From the NCBI GenBank assembly GCA_964187785.1, contig OZ076420.1:54622001-54686000 (forward strand): a stretch of DNA of 64,000 bases, given 5' to 3'. Source of the DNA: Amphiscolops sp. MND2022 (lineage: Eukaryota). Shown in pieces: positions 37,601-49,520 of the stretch. The translations under genes and the position numbers were made by a program. The notes under the pieces are model-generated. The model made no database searches and had not been told where the DNA came from. It worked only from the letters and a program-made list of their open reading frames with translations. Each line of letters opens with the position of its first letter. The stretch's first letter is position 1.

Positions 37601-37952
37601 TTGGGTTAAATGTTGCAAACTTGACATCCAGATCGACAATTTTCTCCAAGATCCAAACACTTCCAGAAGCTGTGAACGTGAATAAAGCGTTTAGTAATTC
37701 ATCCACTGCACTGAGGAAATCGTCTTGCGGCAGACTAGTCCCACACACTGGCACCATTTGTGACCGAAGTAGGAGTTCAGTTTCCTCATCTATTGTTTGT
37801 TTTGAAAGCTCAACTTTCAAAATTAGTTGCATTTTCCGGCCTGTGCGATTTGCATTTTCGCTAACCAGTTGACCAATTTGCGGTTTGACGTCAGTCATGA
37901 ACTGCATCAAGTCATTTTCTCCTGATCCATTAAGTGGCCGGGGACTCCCCAA
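34690..37952 (-). pseudogene. Fragmented protein-primed family B DNA polymerase (Polinton/Maverick/adintovirus type)
   Basis: Motifs in the expected order: VVIYFDLESI, DHC...AHPDCNL (endonuclease VII-like), HNLSNYDFH, FRFMAFSLEKL, KGYYPYSYFDS, IRGGVAS, LDANNLFG, GYILEVDLHYP..FPLAP, YSDTDS (35074-35091), KFKDE...LKPKMYS..AKGV. Many frameshifts. Confidence 0.93.
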
Positions 37953-38805
37953 TATTCATTTTGAGGCGCAGGGAGGGTCCTGCGCCGAAGTGAAAAATAC
38001 CTATAAACAACTAGTATAAAAATAGTCACTTCTGAAGCCGATTTCGGAAACTACCGACACGATTCGCCTGGAAATTTGCATGCGGCTCCCAATTGACATT
38101 CTAAGAACAAACCCCTACTACCATTTTGCTGGGAAATTGGTCAAAATCACTTTTTTAGGTGCCAAAAATGGTGTTTTTTTTTGGAAAATTTTTGTTCCAG
38201 AGGCAATTACTCGGAACTGGTGCTTCCAGCGCAGTAAAGCCTAGCTACATTATTGTTGGGCACTTCATTAGGCGTCCCTATGCAAATTTTCGTCCAGATC
38301 GGAATATAATTGACTGAGTAATAGTCAAAATTTTACAGCATTTTTTGGAAATTTTTGGAAAACCCAGTTTATCTCTGCCGTTTTTTTGGCCAGATTTTTT
38401 TCCAGGTCCCCTACTGAAGACCTCCCCTGGCCGGTTTACCTCCCAGCAAAACCATTTGGCCTATTTGCCGCAGTTTCAGCGTTCCAAGATTCCGTGAGTA
38501 AAAGATACAAGACTTGAATTTTTTTCAAAAAAAAATTTCCTCAAAACCTCCCAAAGTAAAGAAACTTCCACACAACTAGGATTGCAAGTGGCTGCATGTG
38601 GAAAGTACTCGGATAGACGAGGAAAATGAGCTATAGAACGACTCTCTAGCCTAACATGACGTTGACTTATGACATTTTAAATATAGGTAGGTTTCAAATT
38701 CTCGATAAGTCCAACTATTTTTTCCTTTCTCCAGGTGTCGGAGTTCACTTTTTCTGCATACAGGTAGTATTTGGTAACAGGTTACGTCCGGTAAGTATCT
38801 TATAG

Positions 38806-39118
38806 TTTGACCAGACGCCCCAGTAGGTCTGGCACGCTTTTCGGCACCGCATTTCCTGAAGCCGCTAAGATAGGTAGGTTGTTTTTTCTTGTAAAAATTT
38901 ACTCCAAAATTTTTCCTTATGGACCTATGGGACCAGACGCCCCAGTAGGTCTGGCATGCTTTTCGGCACCGCGTTTCCTGAAGCCGCTGAGATAGGTAGG
39001 TTGTTTTTTCTTGTAAAAATTTACTCGAAAATTTCTCCTTATGGGTTGACCAGACGCCCCAGTAGGTCTGGCACGCTTTTCGGCACCGCGTTTCCTGAAG
39101 CCGCTGAGATAGGTAAGT
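38806..39118 (+). repeat. 2.6 tandem copies of a 117-122 bp unit, each with a CCAGAC-N10-GTCTGG hairpin
   Basis: GACCAGACGCCCCAGTAGGTCTGGCA begins at 38809, 38931 and 39048. Confidence 0.9.
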
Positions 39119-39158
39119 TTGAATTCCGTTAATACTCTGGGTTTGAAGCTTGGGTCTC

Positions 39159-39296
39159 TAAGGCTTAGGTTTCTTAGGCTTAGGTTTCGTCGACTTAGGT
39201 TTCTTAGGCTTAGATTCCTTAGGCTTAGGTTTCTTAGGCTTAGGTTGTTTCTTAGGCTTAGGTTTTTAGGCTTAGTTTTAAGGTTGCGTTTTTAGG
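39159..39296 (+). repeat. Telomere-like minisatellite (TTAGGCTTAGGTTTC)n
   Basis: About 8 imperfect 15-bp units built from TTAGGC/TTAGGT. Confidence 0.85.
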
Positions 39297-39677
39297 CTCA
39301 AGTTTAGTTTTTTTCATAGGATTAGCTTTTTTGACGATTAAGTAGGTAGGTTAGGTGTAGGTTTCAAACTAATATTAAGTGGGAACGTATTGACTAATAT
39401 ATTATCGTTTATTTTGTGTTTTATCAGGGACAGCAACGACGAAGAAAATGTAGTAGATTGACGCAGCATGTTTTATCAGTTGAATAATTCACAATCTTTA
39501 TTTCATCTATTGAAGATTTTATTCTTGTTAATTGAAACCTTTAAAACCGAATCTCTTACTAATCCATTTCGCATTGTTTCGAAAATCATATTCTTCATCA
39601 AATGCTTGTATATATTTCTTTGGTGTTGCTTTTTTCCATTTTCCATGGCGAGACTAACATGATGCTTTTTCAGATAT

Positions 39678-40310
39678 TTGAACATGGTTAAAATTCTAAT
39701 CATTGGTGATAGTCACCTGAAGGGACTAAATTCGAACAAATTGACATTCCAGGCTGATATCAACGCTCGTGGCGGACGCAGGGCACACCATCTTTCTGAA
39801 AGCTTCTTTGCACAAGAACAATACAAGAAGTATGATAGCTTTTTCATTATACTAGGAGGAAATGATGTGCATCATCATGAACAATACAACCCTAACCCTA
39901 AAACGCCAGAGCAAACTGCCAATCACTTAATCAGTTGTCAATTTTGTTTCTGAATCTTTAAATATCAATTCATTCAATTTCTATGAACAAGCAATGTAGA
40001 ATATCTAGCGACAATGTACATCCTAGTAAGTTAAATCTTCAAAAGTATTTCTTGACTAATCACTAGTTTTACTTTGAAATTGACTACTGATAAAGGACTT
40101 CAACGGTACTGCAACACCGAATTGGGAAGGATTGCTACGTCTTTGGTGTTCTGCCGAGAAACAATTGCCCGAATATTCCATTATTGAATGAACTGTTATT
40201 CAACGAGCTCCACGCTAACTTCGTCGGACATGCAAAGAAAATTAAATTGACGCATGTGGATAAAAAAGATGGTGTACATTCAAGACAAAACGGATACCAT
40301 GTACTGTCAG
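39678..40310 (+). CDS. SGNH/GDSL hydrolase-like gene (probably two exons; may be decayed)
   Basis: Block I ILIIGDSH (39705-39716), block II ARGG, block III ILGGND (39855-39866), and block V DGVH (40268-40279) in a downstream segment reading CYVFGVLPRNN...KDGVH. Confidence 0.75.
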
Positions 40311-40690
40311 TTGTCATTAACAAACTTTAGGAGGATGCGTATACATCTGGTGAAAAACTCAACTGAATTGTATGATTACTTAATGTTTGCTTCTTGTCTT
40401 GGTATGTTGTTTTCAGTGTTGTCTTTTCATGAATTTCGTAATTCGGTTTTAACGATGATACATTGTTCTTTGCTTTGTTTTATCATGAATTTTTCACTTT
40501 GATTTCAACGATGATTCATTGTTGTTTGTTTAGTTTTATCATGAATTTTTCAGATTTGCTGTCGAAATTGATACCTTGTTTTAGGCTTTGTATTGAATTT
40601 TTAAATAAAAATTTTACTTGTTACTTGTGTGGCTACATAAAGTGTTAACTGTGTCTTTATTGAAACGACGAGGTATCTGGATTATATACG

Positions 40691-40925
40691 TAATTCCACA
40701 AGAATACCAGTAGGATAATAGGCTTCTTCACCGTCGCAACAGTTGTCTGGCTCTTTGAGCGTTAACAGTAACTGTATTGCAATGGTGTTTGTCGTCAACC
40801 ATATTAGTAATTCCACAAGAATACCAGTAGGATAATAGGCTTTTTCCACGTCGCAACAGTAGTCTGACTATTTGAGCGTTAACAGTAACTGAATTGCAAT
40901 GGTGTTTGTCGTCAACCATATTAGT
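40691..40925. repeat. Two tandem 117-bp units
   Basis: TAATTCCACAAGAATACCAGTAGGATAATAGGCT begins at 40691 and 40808. Confidence 0.85.
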
Positions 40926-41499
40926 ATTGAATGTTAGTGTAAGGTAATGAACTAAATTTTTCCGGGTTGTTGTCACATTGAAATAAACGTTAACAGTGAC
41001 AGTGTTGATTACGATTGTTTTTTGATAACGTTAGCCGCGAGTCATGATTCTTGTGAAAACTAACTTCATACTTTGGACTTTTGTTAAGTGCGAGTCAAAG
41101 CGCGTTCGATTTTTTTTGCATTTTTTCTAAGTTTTTTTAATGGTAAGTCTCAAAATATCGAGCAATACATGATTCTCCTTTTGCACCTTGTTTGCCTTTC
41201 CATTTGCACCTTGTGTCTTCGTTGTGGACAATTCACTTCTTCCAGCGACGACTACTGTCACGTCCATCTATCCTCCGACCAACCTTCCTACTGAATCTAT
41301 ACCTGTTAGTGGACTTTTTGCTGACAATCGTAATGCTAATGAAGACTTCGGAACATCTACAGAAGCGGTAGTTCCGATCTCTGCTGCATTAGAGAATGAT
41401 GCGTTTCTGCCTCCTGTAACCTCTCAGCAGCAACTTTTGTGTACACTCCTCAACATTTACATGGATTCTGATATCTCGCATACTCTGTCACCTCCATTG

Positions 41500-41885
41500 A
41501 TAACGTCAAAAGCTACTGGAGATGGTAACAGTTTTTTATTGCCGTATCTCTTTGTATTTGTGGTAACGAATCCTTGGGTCCATCTTTACGATCAAATGTA
41601 TGTCATTTTATTGAACATGAGCAATTTCCTTCAATACTTCTGTCACCTCACAACAGTGGAGTTGATTATTAACTCACATGACAGCGTCTGGAACTTATGC
41701 TTCTGAAGTTGAAATTTGTGCTATGGCGCGGCATTTAAACATTTATATATTTGTATATACTAATGAACAATTATGTTGGTTGAAGTTTCCGCCATCAAAC
41801 ACAGACACTGCAATAATGAATATTTACTTAGAGTTAAAAAAATGTCCCCTCAAGCTACAGTGTGCAACCATTTTGAACCTGTTCT
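41500..41885 (+). pseudogene. OTU-like cysteine protease domain
   Basis: TGDGN(S) at 41518-41532, continuing after a frameshift as IAVSLCICGNESLGPSLRSNVCHFI, then MTASGTYASEVEICAMA...IFVY, then CNHFEPV (His at 41869). Confidence 0.8.
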
Positions 41886-44829
41886 GACAGTTTCATCTAA
41901 CACTATGCAACCAGTAACATCATTAACATCAAGTCGCTCTCACACTATCAATTCTGATACATCACTGGTAAAACCAACAACAACTTCTAGTGTCACAAGA
42001 CCATCATATGATAAAATATCATCTAACATGCCGAAAACAAAAAAAAAGTTCAAAACGTTCCACAGCCATAAATATGACTGACGTATGTGTTGACAATGAG
42101 CACTGTAAAAAATGTTCCCCTATTTCAACAAAATATTATCCGTTTGAACTGCTGGCATTGAGAGGGGAATTTTCGCAAAACAAATTCGGCAAACCTATTT
42201 CTGAACGAGATGTGCTCTGTCCTAATTGCATTAGTTATGTAAAAACCCCGCCGTCTTGGAAAAATGCTTGGCCAGCAGTTCTTTATCAATTATTGTTTTT
42301 GAGTACCGAACGAGAACATCAAAACTTTCTCTTTGAACTGCTGCCACATGAACTTCTTCGGTCCAGGAGTTGATTACAAATCAAAGTGAGAGCAAACAAA
42401 AATTAGCTGACATAACTTTTGATAAAGAACACTTTGACAATTTGATCAGAAGTTACACTGCCGAGAATTTTCTACTTGCTTTCGATTTGTACTGGGCCCC
42501 TTAAATGAGATGTCCCGTAGGTTGTTTCGAATTTCGGAGTCGAATCGGTTACATTCCATTCCAGCACGTTTTAAATTACTTGGATCCTAAGTATAAGGCG
42601 TTTTCAGCGGATTTCAGTAGACTTAACGGTAGCAGACCTGACTTCATAGATCCTTTCCATTTTTTAAATATTTTCACTGTTAAATCGAGCGTCATTCTAC
42701 TTGCAAAGTTAGGCTTGTGTTTGGCTACATGCCAAGACCATGATCGAGGTATATCATTACAGTAAAGTCATGTGGCAAGAAATCCAGCTACCGGTGTTTT
42801 ACACCACCCTCAGGCTGCTCGTCTCTCACTGTTATTCCTACAGTGCGAATTGTCAAACCATCAAAGCTTGGAACCAAAACACACACCTACTCCATGGTAG
42901 AAGCTTCTGGTGGATTTTCCGGGTATAAGTTCGATAAGTATATATAACCGGAATTTGAACGCGCCAAGCAATTTTTTATTGCAAGCTATCGAAAGTCTCA
43001 TGTTGGAACACCGTTTAGACATACCCTTCATGTTGAACAAAATGTGTAAAGATGCTATGGTTACAGAAGATTTCATACGTCAAACATCGGAATACCCAAC
43101 TTTGGCACCGTGTAATGAAGTTTCCTATAGCTTAGAATCTGCAAATGTTGTAACTATGATCGATTTAGTTATTACAAAAAAATTCTTTGTGCTCATGACA
43201 AAAGCAACAAAACACCGATATTAACACCGAAACATAACTTCTGCGACAGATATGGCAGCAAACCGGACAGACTAAGATATCCCTTGAAATCAAAAAACAA
43301 ATGTTCCATGGCTTCTCTTTTGCTTTTGAAAAATTCCGAATGTTTCTACAATTTATATGACTCGTCTCTGCAGGTCAATATAATGAACATGTTTCCAGCT
43401 AAAAAGTTAGTTCAATTCAACAAGTGTCTAGACGAATTCCAATCCAAATGTGAGGTGAGAAATGTGGATTACCTAACATTGTCCTCGTTGCCAAAATTGC
43501 TGCTAGAAGACAACACTTTGATTGTTGATAATTTAGAGAGCTCTTCCTCTTCTTCGACACCTGTCAATGCTATACTTGTGAAAAGTGGTCACCGTAAAAA
43601 CAAAACAATTGATGTGCCACAAGAAATTGAAATGTGGGGTCGAAAGTTTTTTCATTCATCAGTGGCAGCTGAAAATCATTCCAATGATACCGATTACTTT
43701 GTCACATTTCGCAGAGGTAATGAATTCAACAATTGGTGGTGTTGTGATAAAAACCCCTCACCACAAAAAATGAGTCGGTGGGAATGGCTATCCTCCAACA
43801 AAGGCTGCAATGTCATGATTTAGGTGAATTTGTTTCAAGATAATGTTAGCAATTTGGATATTTTCGGTTACTTAGGTGGTCATGGCAAAATTTTTTGCGA
43901 GGAACATGGTATTCCTCTCTCTGTGGACTTTACAAAGTCAGGTTACCATTGTTGCCTAAAAAGTAATGTTGGCACTGGTTTTTGTAGTAATAAATCATCA
44001 TATAGACGTCTACAACCCAAATGTTCTGCATGTATTTGCCGGAAGCATTCAAGTGATTATCTATCAAACACTGAAATTTCTATGGTTTCAATTCCATCTG
44101 TCGACCATGACCTGAATAGCTTACAAAACACTACTCTATCGGATGAGTCTGATTCCGATGATCACGAATGTTTCGAATTGGACAACGTGAATTTTGTAGA
44201 CCACTCATTCTTGATCACAGATTCTGGCGTTCGAGACGACAATGCAAGGATCACTGACCCAGGTATTGATGCCTTATCTGCTGAATTGGTGTCGACTGAT
44301 GCAGCGAGTTGCCCTTTACATGTTGAATGGCATCTGCAAATTGAAACAAAGTAAAAATTCTCCGTACACACCTGGGAACTACTTTAAATGATTTTTCCTA
44401 AACTTCGCGTCATATATTCCAGGACTTTCAGTTCCGTTGTTTCAACCCGAACGGTCCATTTTAGCTAATATATTCTGGAAACAACTTCAAGATGGTTCCA
44501 TTCCTGGAGCTATGCCTTTCTTTCTTCTCAATGATAAGAAAGTCAACGCTTATCTCTTCCATCATGACGGCCTGCACGATATATGAAGGTCCGTTTGAAA
44601 GATCACTCCATTCCTACATCAACTTTTCTGCCATATGTTAACTATGCTTTTGACTGCGTGCTGAACCTCAAACTGTATAATCAACATACAGGTGATTTTT
44701 TTCGTAAAGGACTGCAGAATATAACTATAAACAATAGAAAGCTTTCTCATAAACAAGAATAATCGGTTTTGAAATTTGATAGTGCTGATACTCGTAAAAA
44801 TGTTAGGGAATTATCGACTGCGATGGCTA

Positions 44830-45660
44830 TTGAAACACCAGACATGTTTGTTACATTTACTGTTAATTAGAAAGAGCATCCCGGTTTGAATCATTTGTTC
44901 CGAAAAATTGATGAGAACTTCGGTGAGGAAAAACAATGAAAAAGTGCCGCTGTCAACTTCTGTATGGTTTTAGGAATACGACTGTGGGAACACGTGATTG
45001 AATTTCTCATTGAGTATCTGAAAAAGAGTCTTGAGTGTGTTCTAGCAGATATCATCAAGCTTTGGGGCCGCGCAGAGATTCAGGACTTTGCTGGTAATTA
45101 CCAGCATTACCATATTTTGATTTGGCTTTCAAATTAAAACGTGGATTACAATGAAATTATACAATGTTCAGAAAAAGCATTTGCAAAAGCATTTGACGAC
45201 TTGGTAAGTTTGAAATTTGGCAGATTTACTAATCAATTTGAAGCTGTTGATATTTTGCAAAAGTGCATGAAGGTTCAGTCGCACAGTTGTGAAAAAGGTA
45301 AGTTTCGTTGTATGAAGAAAATAGGTTCGGATGGACAAAAGGTTTGTAGGTTTCCTGCTCAAAAACAGAGTCATTGTCATTCTTATTACAGTTTCAACAT
45401 TGATCACACGGAAGAAGCACTCGACATTTTGCATCAATTGCAACTTTCTGTTGATGATGATAGATTTTTTTATGTTGGCTCAGTGACAAATGAGTTGGAA
45501 AGTGGAAAGTACACTTACGCTACTAGCAAATTGGAACACGTGAGTCCCACGTCAGCAAAATTGTTTTCCATTACTTTATTCAGCTGCAATGTACAGAGAA
45601 TTAGTAGAAGAATGTCTGAAAGGTATTTGAACAAATATGCATCTGGTAAAGAGGAACACG
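44830..45660 (+). pseudogene. HUH replication initiator (Rep) domain
   Basis: Motif I FVTFT, motif II HYH and motif III YxxKY occur in order. Confidence 0.88.
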
Positions 45661-46623
45661 CCGTGGTGCGTATAAATCTTTCAAGTCCCAAAACCTTTAC
45701 ATTGCTGAATCTGAAGAAATTCACAATAAGAAAACATTCGGTGTCCAAAATGTTTTAGCTGATACGGAAAAAGTAGAAAAACCAACGAAACACCTCAAGA
45801 CATTACGTTTTGCGCATACAGAATCAGCTTTTTTGTATTGGAAATGCCATATGTGATCACAACTTTTGATTTCGTTCATGTAACTACTTTGCCACTTGAG
45901 TATAGAGGTGGTGTGATTAGGAAAAAAAGACTTGCTGTCGCCGCTGAGATGACAGAATCAACGGCTTACCATGCCAGAAAACACATCTTGGAACTTCCTG
46001 TTCATCGTCAGTTGACTGAATCGCAAAAACAAATTGAATTAGACGTAAAAAATAGTGTTTTCTCTGCAGACAAAATACCATTATTCTCTTTGAGGCCTCC
46101 TGAGCTGCTCTGTGTGAAAAGGGTAAAACATTACTTTTCATGGTTCGTGAGAGAGAAAGTTTCTGTCAAGGATGCAAAGACAGTACACCTGAAGTTTTGT
46201 CTTGAAACACATTGGGTTGATGAATTAGGGTTTTTAGTGAAACTTAGACCGTCAGCAGTGAGCGAATTTCAAAAATATCTCAACCACGAAAGTTTCTCTG
46301 GTCTGGATTGTCTCAGACGTTCTGACGCTGCTACTATTTTGAAACATTTAAATCACAGTCAAGTTCACAGCCGTTTCATTAGTGACGACAAACAATTATC
46401 GAGTACAAATGCTGAAGTAGTTCAAACTAATATTTTACCAAATAATTCTGTAAAGTTCCTATTATCCATTCTTTACAGTTTTGGTGAGTTTGATACGGAA
46501 ATTGATCTCTTCAATGTAGCATGCTTGAGAGAAGCCTTTGCGAAAGCAAAAATCATTCCCGATAATGGTGATCCCCACTAAAATGTCCTCTTAATACTCA
46601 AAAGATACATATTTGAAAAGCTG

Positions 46624-48230
46624 GTGACGACACCTGGTGGGACCCAATCTTTCGATAGGCTTTTGGTAGCAGCTCACAGTTGCTTCAAGTCATTGATTAT
46701 TGACGGTGAAATTGTTTCTAATGATTTTAGGGCGACATTATTGTCTACATTGACGGTTGAAATGGAAAAGAAAACTCATTTGTCTTTAGATATGCAAAAA
46801 CGATCCCTTATTGATGCACTACAATTGCAAAACTTTCCTAATTTGCCATCCACGGACACACTTATGAGTGCAACCATTGAAAACAGTTTACCTTTTGATG
46901 CTCAGCTGAATAGAGGTCACTCACAATCAAATGAATCTTTTCAAGAACAACGGAGTATATGTGAGTCAATCAAAGCAGTTATAAGGGGTTTCCTAGCTAT
47001 TAGAGAAAATCAGATCGTTAAATGCGAGTTGATAATGGGTCCACCAGGAACTGGAAAAACTTTCATTTGTTCTCTATGTCTCTTTTATGCATTAGCTTTT
47101 GGTCTATTCTGTCATGTCACAAGCTTAGCTGCACGCAGAGCCAGACAGTTTGGAGGCATCCACATTAATAGGCTATGTTGTTTGTCAATAATAAACGAAC
47201 TTTTGGTTTCAAAATTAGCTCAAAAAGCATTGAAAAAACTTCATTGTCAACCAGAACGAAAAGCTCTTCTGTTGAGGTTGGACGTCCTTATGATTGAGGA
47301 GGTTGGCTTATCTAGTGCCCAACATTGGGCAGTAATTGATTTGATTTTACAAAATTTGAGGGAAGTTAATGTACCTTTTGGAGGTGTTTTGGTTTTAGCT
47401 ACAGGTGATCCTTGTCAACTGCCATCCATTACAGGTCACAATGTCTTTTGTAGTCCGTTAATGATCACTTCTCTCAATATTCATTTGCTGAATTATTTTG
47501 TCCGAATGGAAGACCCTCGTGGTCAAGTTATGCTGAAAAAAATGTGGGAAAAACCAATTCCTTATGACAAAATAACTGCTATTGTGAAGTGTATAAGTGA
47601 AGAATGTCACTTTGTAGCTGAATGGGAACATTTGACGGATCAAACCATAATGAACGGATAACGAACCATAATTTTGGTACGCAAAAAAGCTGTCGAGGAA
47701 ACGTTAGAGCGACATCAAAAAAGTCCCGAGATGAGGTATGCCCTAAACATGCTTGTAACTGGAAATCAGCTGAAATGGAAGGAACGAAGTGTTTGAGTAG
47801 AGAAGTTAGAGAACCTGAAAAGTTGTTTGTACATATGTTTGTTGTTCTGAAAATCACTGAAAATGGTAATGATTTGAATATTCCTCAAGGAACTCAGTGT
47901 GGTGATTAAAATGCCAACTGATACAGACAATTCCATTGTTGTGGAATTTTTGCCTGCTGGTAAGCATTCACTTTCACACGATGACATCAGAATGGGATTG
48001 ATCGATCAATGGCGTACAGTCAAGTTCGCACCAAGGTCTGGTTTAATTCACACTTTTAAAGGTTGCTCGTTAAGGAGGATACAAAACACTCTGTGCAACA
48101 ACGTCGCTGCAACTGTCCACACTTTATTGGAAGATACTTTTCCTCAATTGGCCACGTCGATTTCACACATTTGAGGCAATTAGAGTATTTGGTTAGCGTC
48201 CCAGTTGTTTGTCATTGTAAGTAGAGTCAA
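46624..48230 (+). pseudogene. PIF1-family SF1 helicase domain
   Basis: Walker A GPPGTGKT, Walker B variant IEE, PFGG..GDPCQLP, and C-terminal ATVH and QLFVIVSRV. Confidence 0.92.
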
Positions 48231-48419
48231 AAAAATGAAAAACTTGAGTTTTGTTGGTGACAAGTCAGCAATTTTAAAGTCGCTGGAGCAAATTTTGAAA
48301 ATAACCAATCCTCAAGAAATCATGATGTATGACAATGTGAAGCGCCTGGCAAGTAGGCCATGTTCGACCATTAATATTTCAAAGTTGTCATACATACCAT
48401 TCCGAAAAACAATTCCGCT

Positions 48420-48773
48420 AATTGAAAATGGCTTTGTGTATGTTTTATTGAGTTCGAGTAATGGGAAATTTGATTTATTCAATGTAGGCGAAACATCAGC
48501 AAGTCTTCAAAAACGTCTGTATGAACACAATACAGGTACAGGACAAAATTATAACAATGATTTATATAAGCGACTAGGGCGATAGCGGCGTTCATCAACA
48601 ACTTCAAAAGCAACGATCACCGTTTGCAGGTTGAACATAATATCAATGTCATTTTACACCAGCGAAGTTCGAAAAACTTGCACATTGTGTTCCAACTTCT
48701 TCAAAATTATGTAAGTTCATCCTCTGCGCCACTTACACTTTCTTTATGCGGTGAAGTACGATCTGTGAATTAG
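48420..48773 (+). pseudogene. GIY-YIG (SLX1-like) endonuclease domain at the C-terminus of RepHel
   Basis: GFVYVLLSS...FNVGET..LQKRLYEHNTGTG, then after a 1-nt frameshift near 48575 AIAAFINNFKSNDHRLQVEH, which supplies a candidate catalytic Glu. Confidence 0.8.
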
Positions 48774-48879
48774 AGTATCTGATAGTTCTTCCAATTTATT
48801 AGTTCCTAACGTGTGGGTGGTCATTCCTGCTTCATGATAAACGTTTCAGTATTACGACTCTCAATAATAGTGTTCCCAT

Positions 48880-49520
48880 TTGAGTCGATTCGTTAACAAT
48901 GACAGATGTCTGGTTCACCGATGTGTGAACGTTAACAGTCTCTGATCATTATTGGCCGAAAACAGCTCGTATACGTATGATCATTTGTTTCAGTTTTATT
49001 CAAAAACTTGTCCCACGATAGAAGTTCCACATCAGCATTTTGAAACTTATGTTTACTGCTCCCTACTAGAGTCGGTTCATTTATAATAACAGATGTCTGG
49101 TTCACCTATGTGTGAACTTTAACAGTGACTGATCATTATTTTCCTACTTCAGCTCTTACATGTATGATCATTTGTTTCACGTTTATTCCAATACATGTCC
49201 CATGATAGAAGTTCCACATCAGCATTTTGAAACTGAACATCACTGCTCCTTACTTGAGTCGGTTCATTAATAATGACAGATGTCTGGTTCACCTATGTGT
49301 GAACTTTAACAGTGACTGATCATTATTTTCCTACTTCAGCTCTTACATGTATGATCATTTGTTTCACGTTTATTCCAATACATGTCCCATGATAGAAGTT
49401 CCACATCAGCATTTTGAAACTGAACATCACTGCTCCTTACTTGAGTCGGTTCATTAATAATGACAGATGGCTGGTTCACTTATGTGTGAACGTTATCAGT
49501 GTCTGATCATTGATTACTGA
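48880..49520. repeat. ~187-bp tandem repeat, about 3.3 copies; related partial copy at ~51150-51240
   Basis: AAT(G/A)ACAGATGTCTGGTTCAC begins at about 48898, 49085, 49272 and 49459. Confidence 0.9.

Larger units (their letters stand above)
41050..48773 (+). pseudogene. Helitron Rep-helicase polyprotein relic: OTU, Cys-rich domains, HUH Rep, PIF1 helicase, GIY-YIG
   Basis: All motifs are collinear on the plus strand across many stops and frameshifts: PDMFVTFT (44838), WGRAEIQ..GN..HYH (45063-45113), YLNKY (45624-45638), GPPGTGKT (47038-47061), IEEVG, PFGG, GDPCQLP (47404-47424), ATVH, SQLFVIVSRV. Confidence 0.88.

Noticed and set aside
39159-39360. True telomere or chromosome-fusion site
   Set aside because: Short, degenerate, composite 15-bp units in one orientation, with no head-to-head junction.
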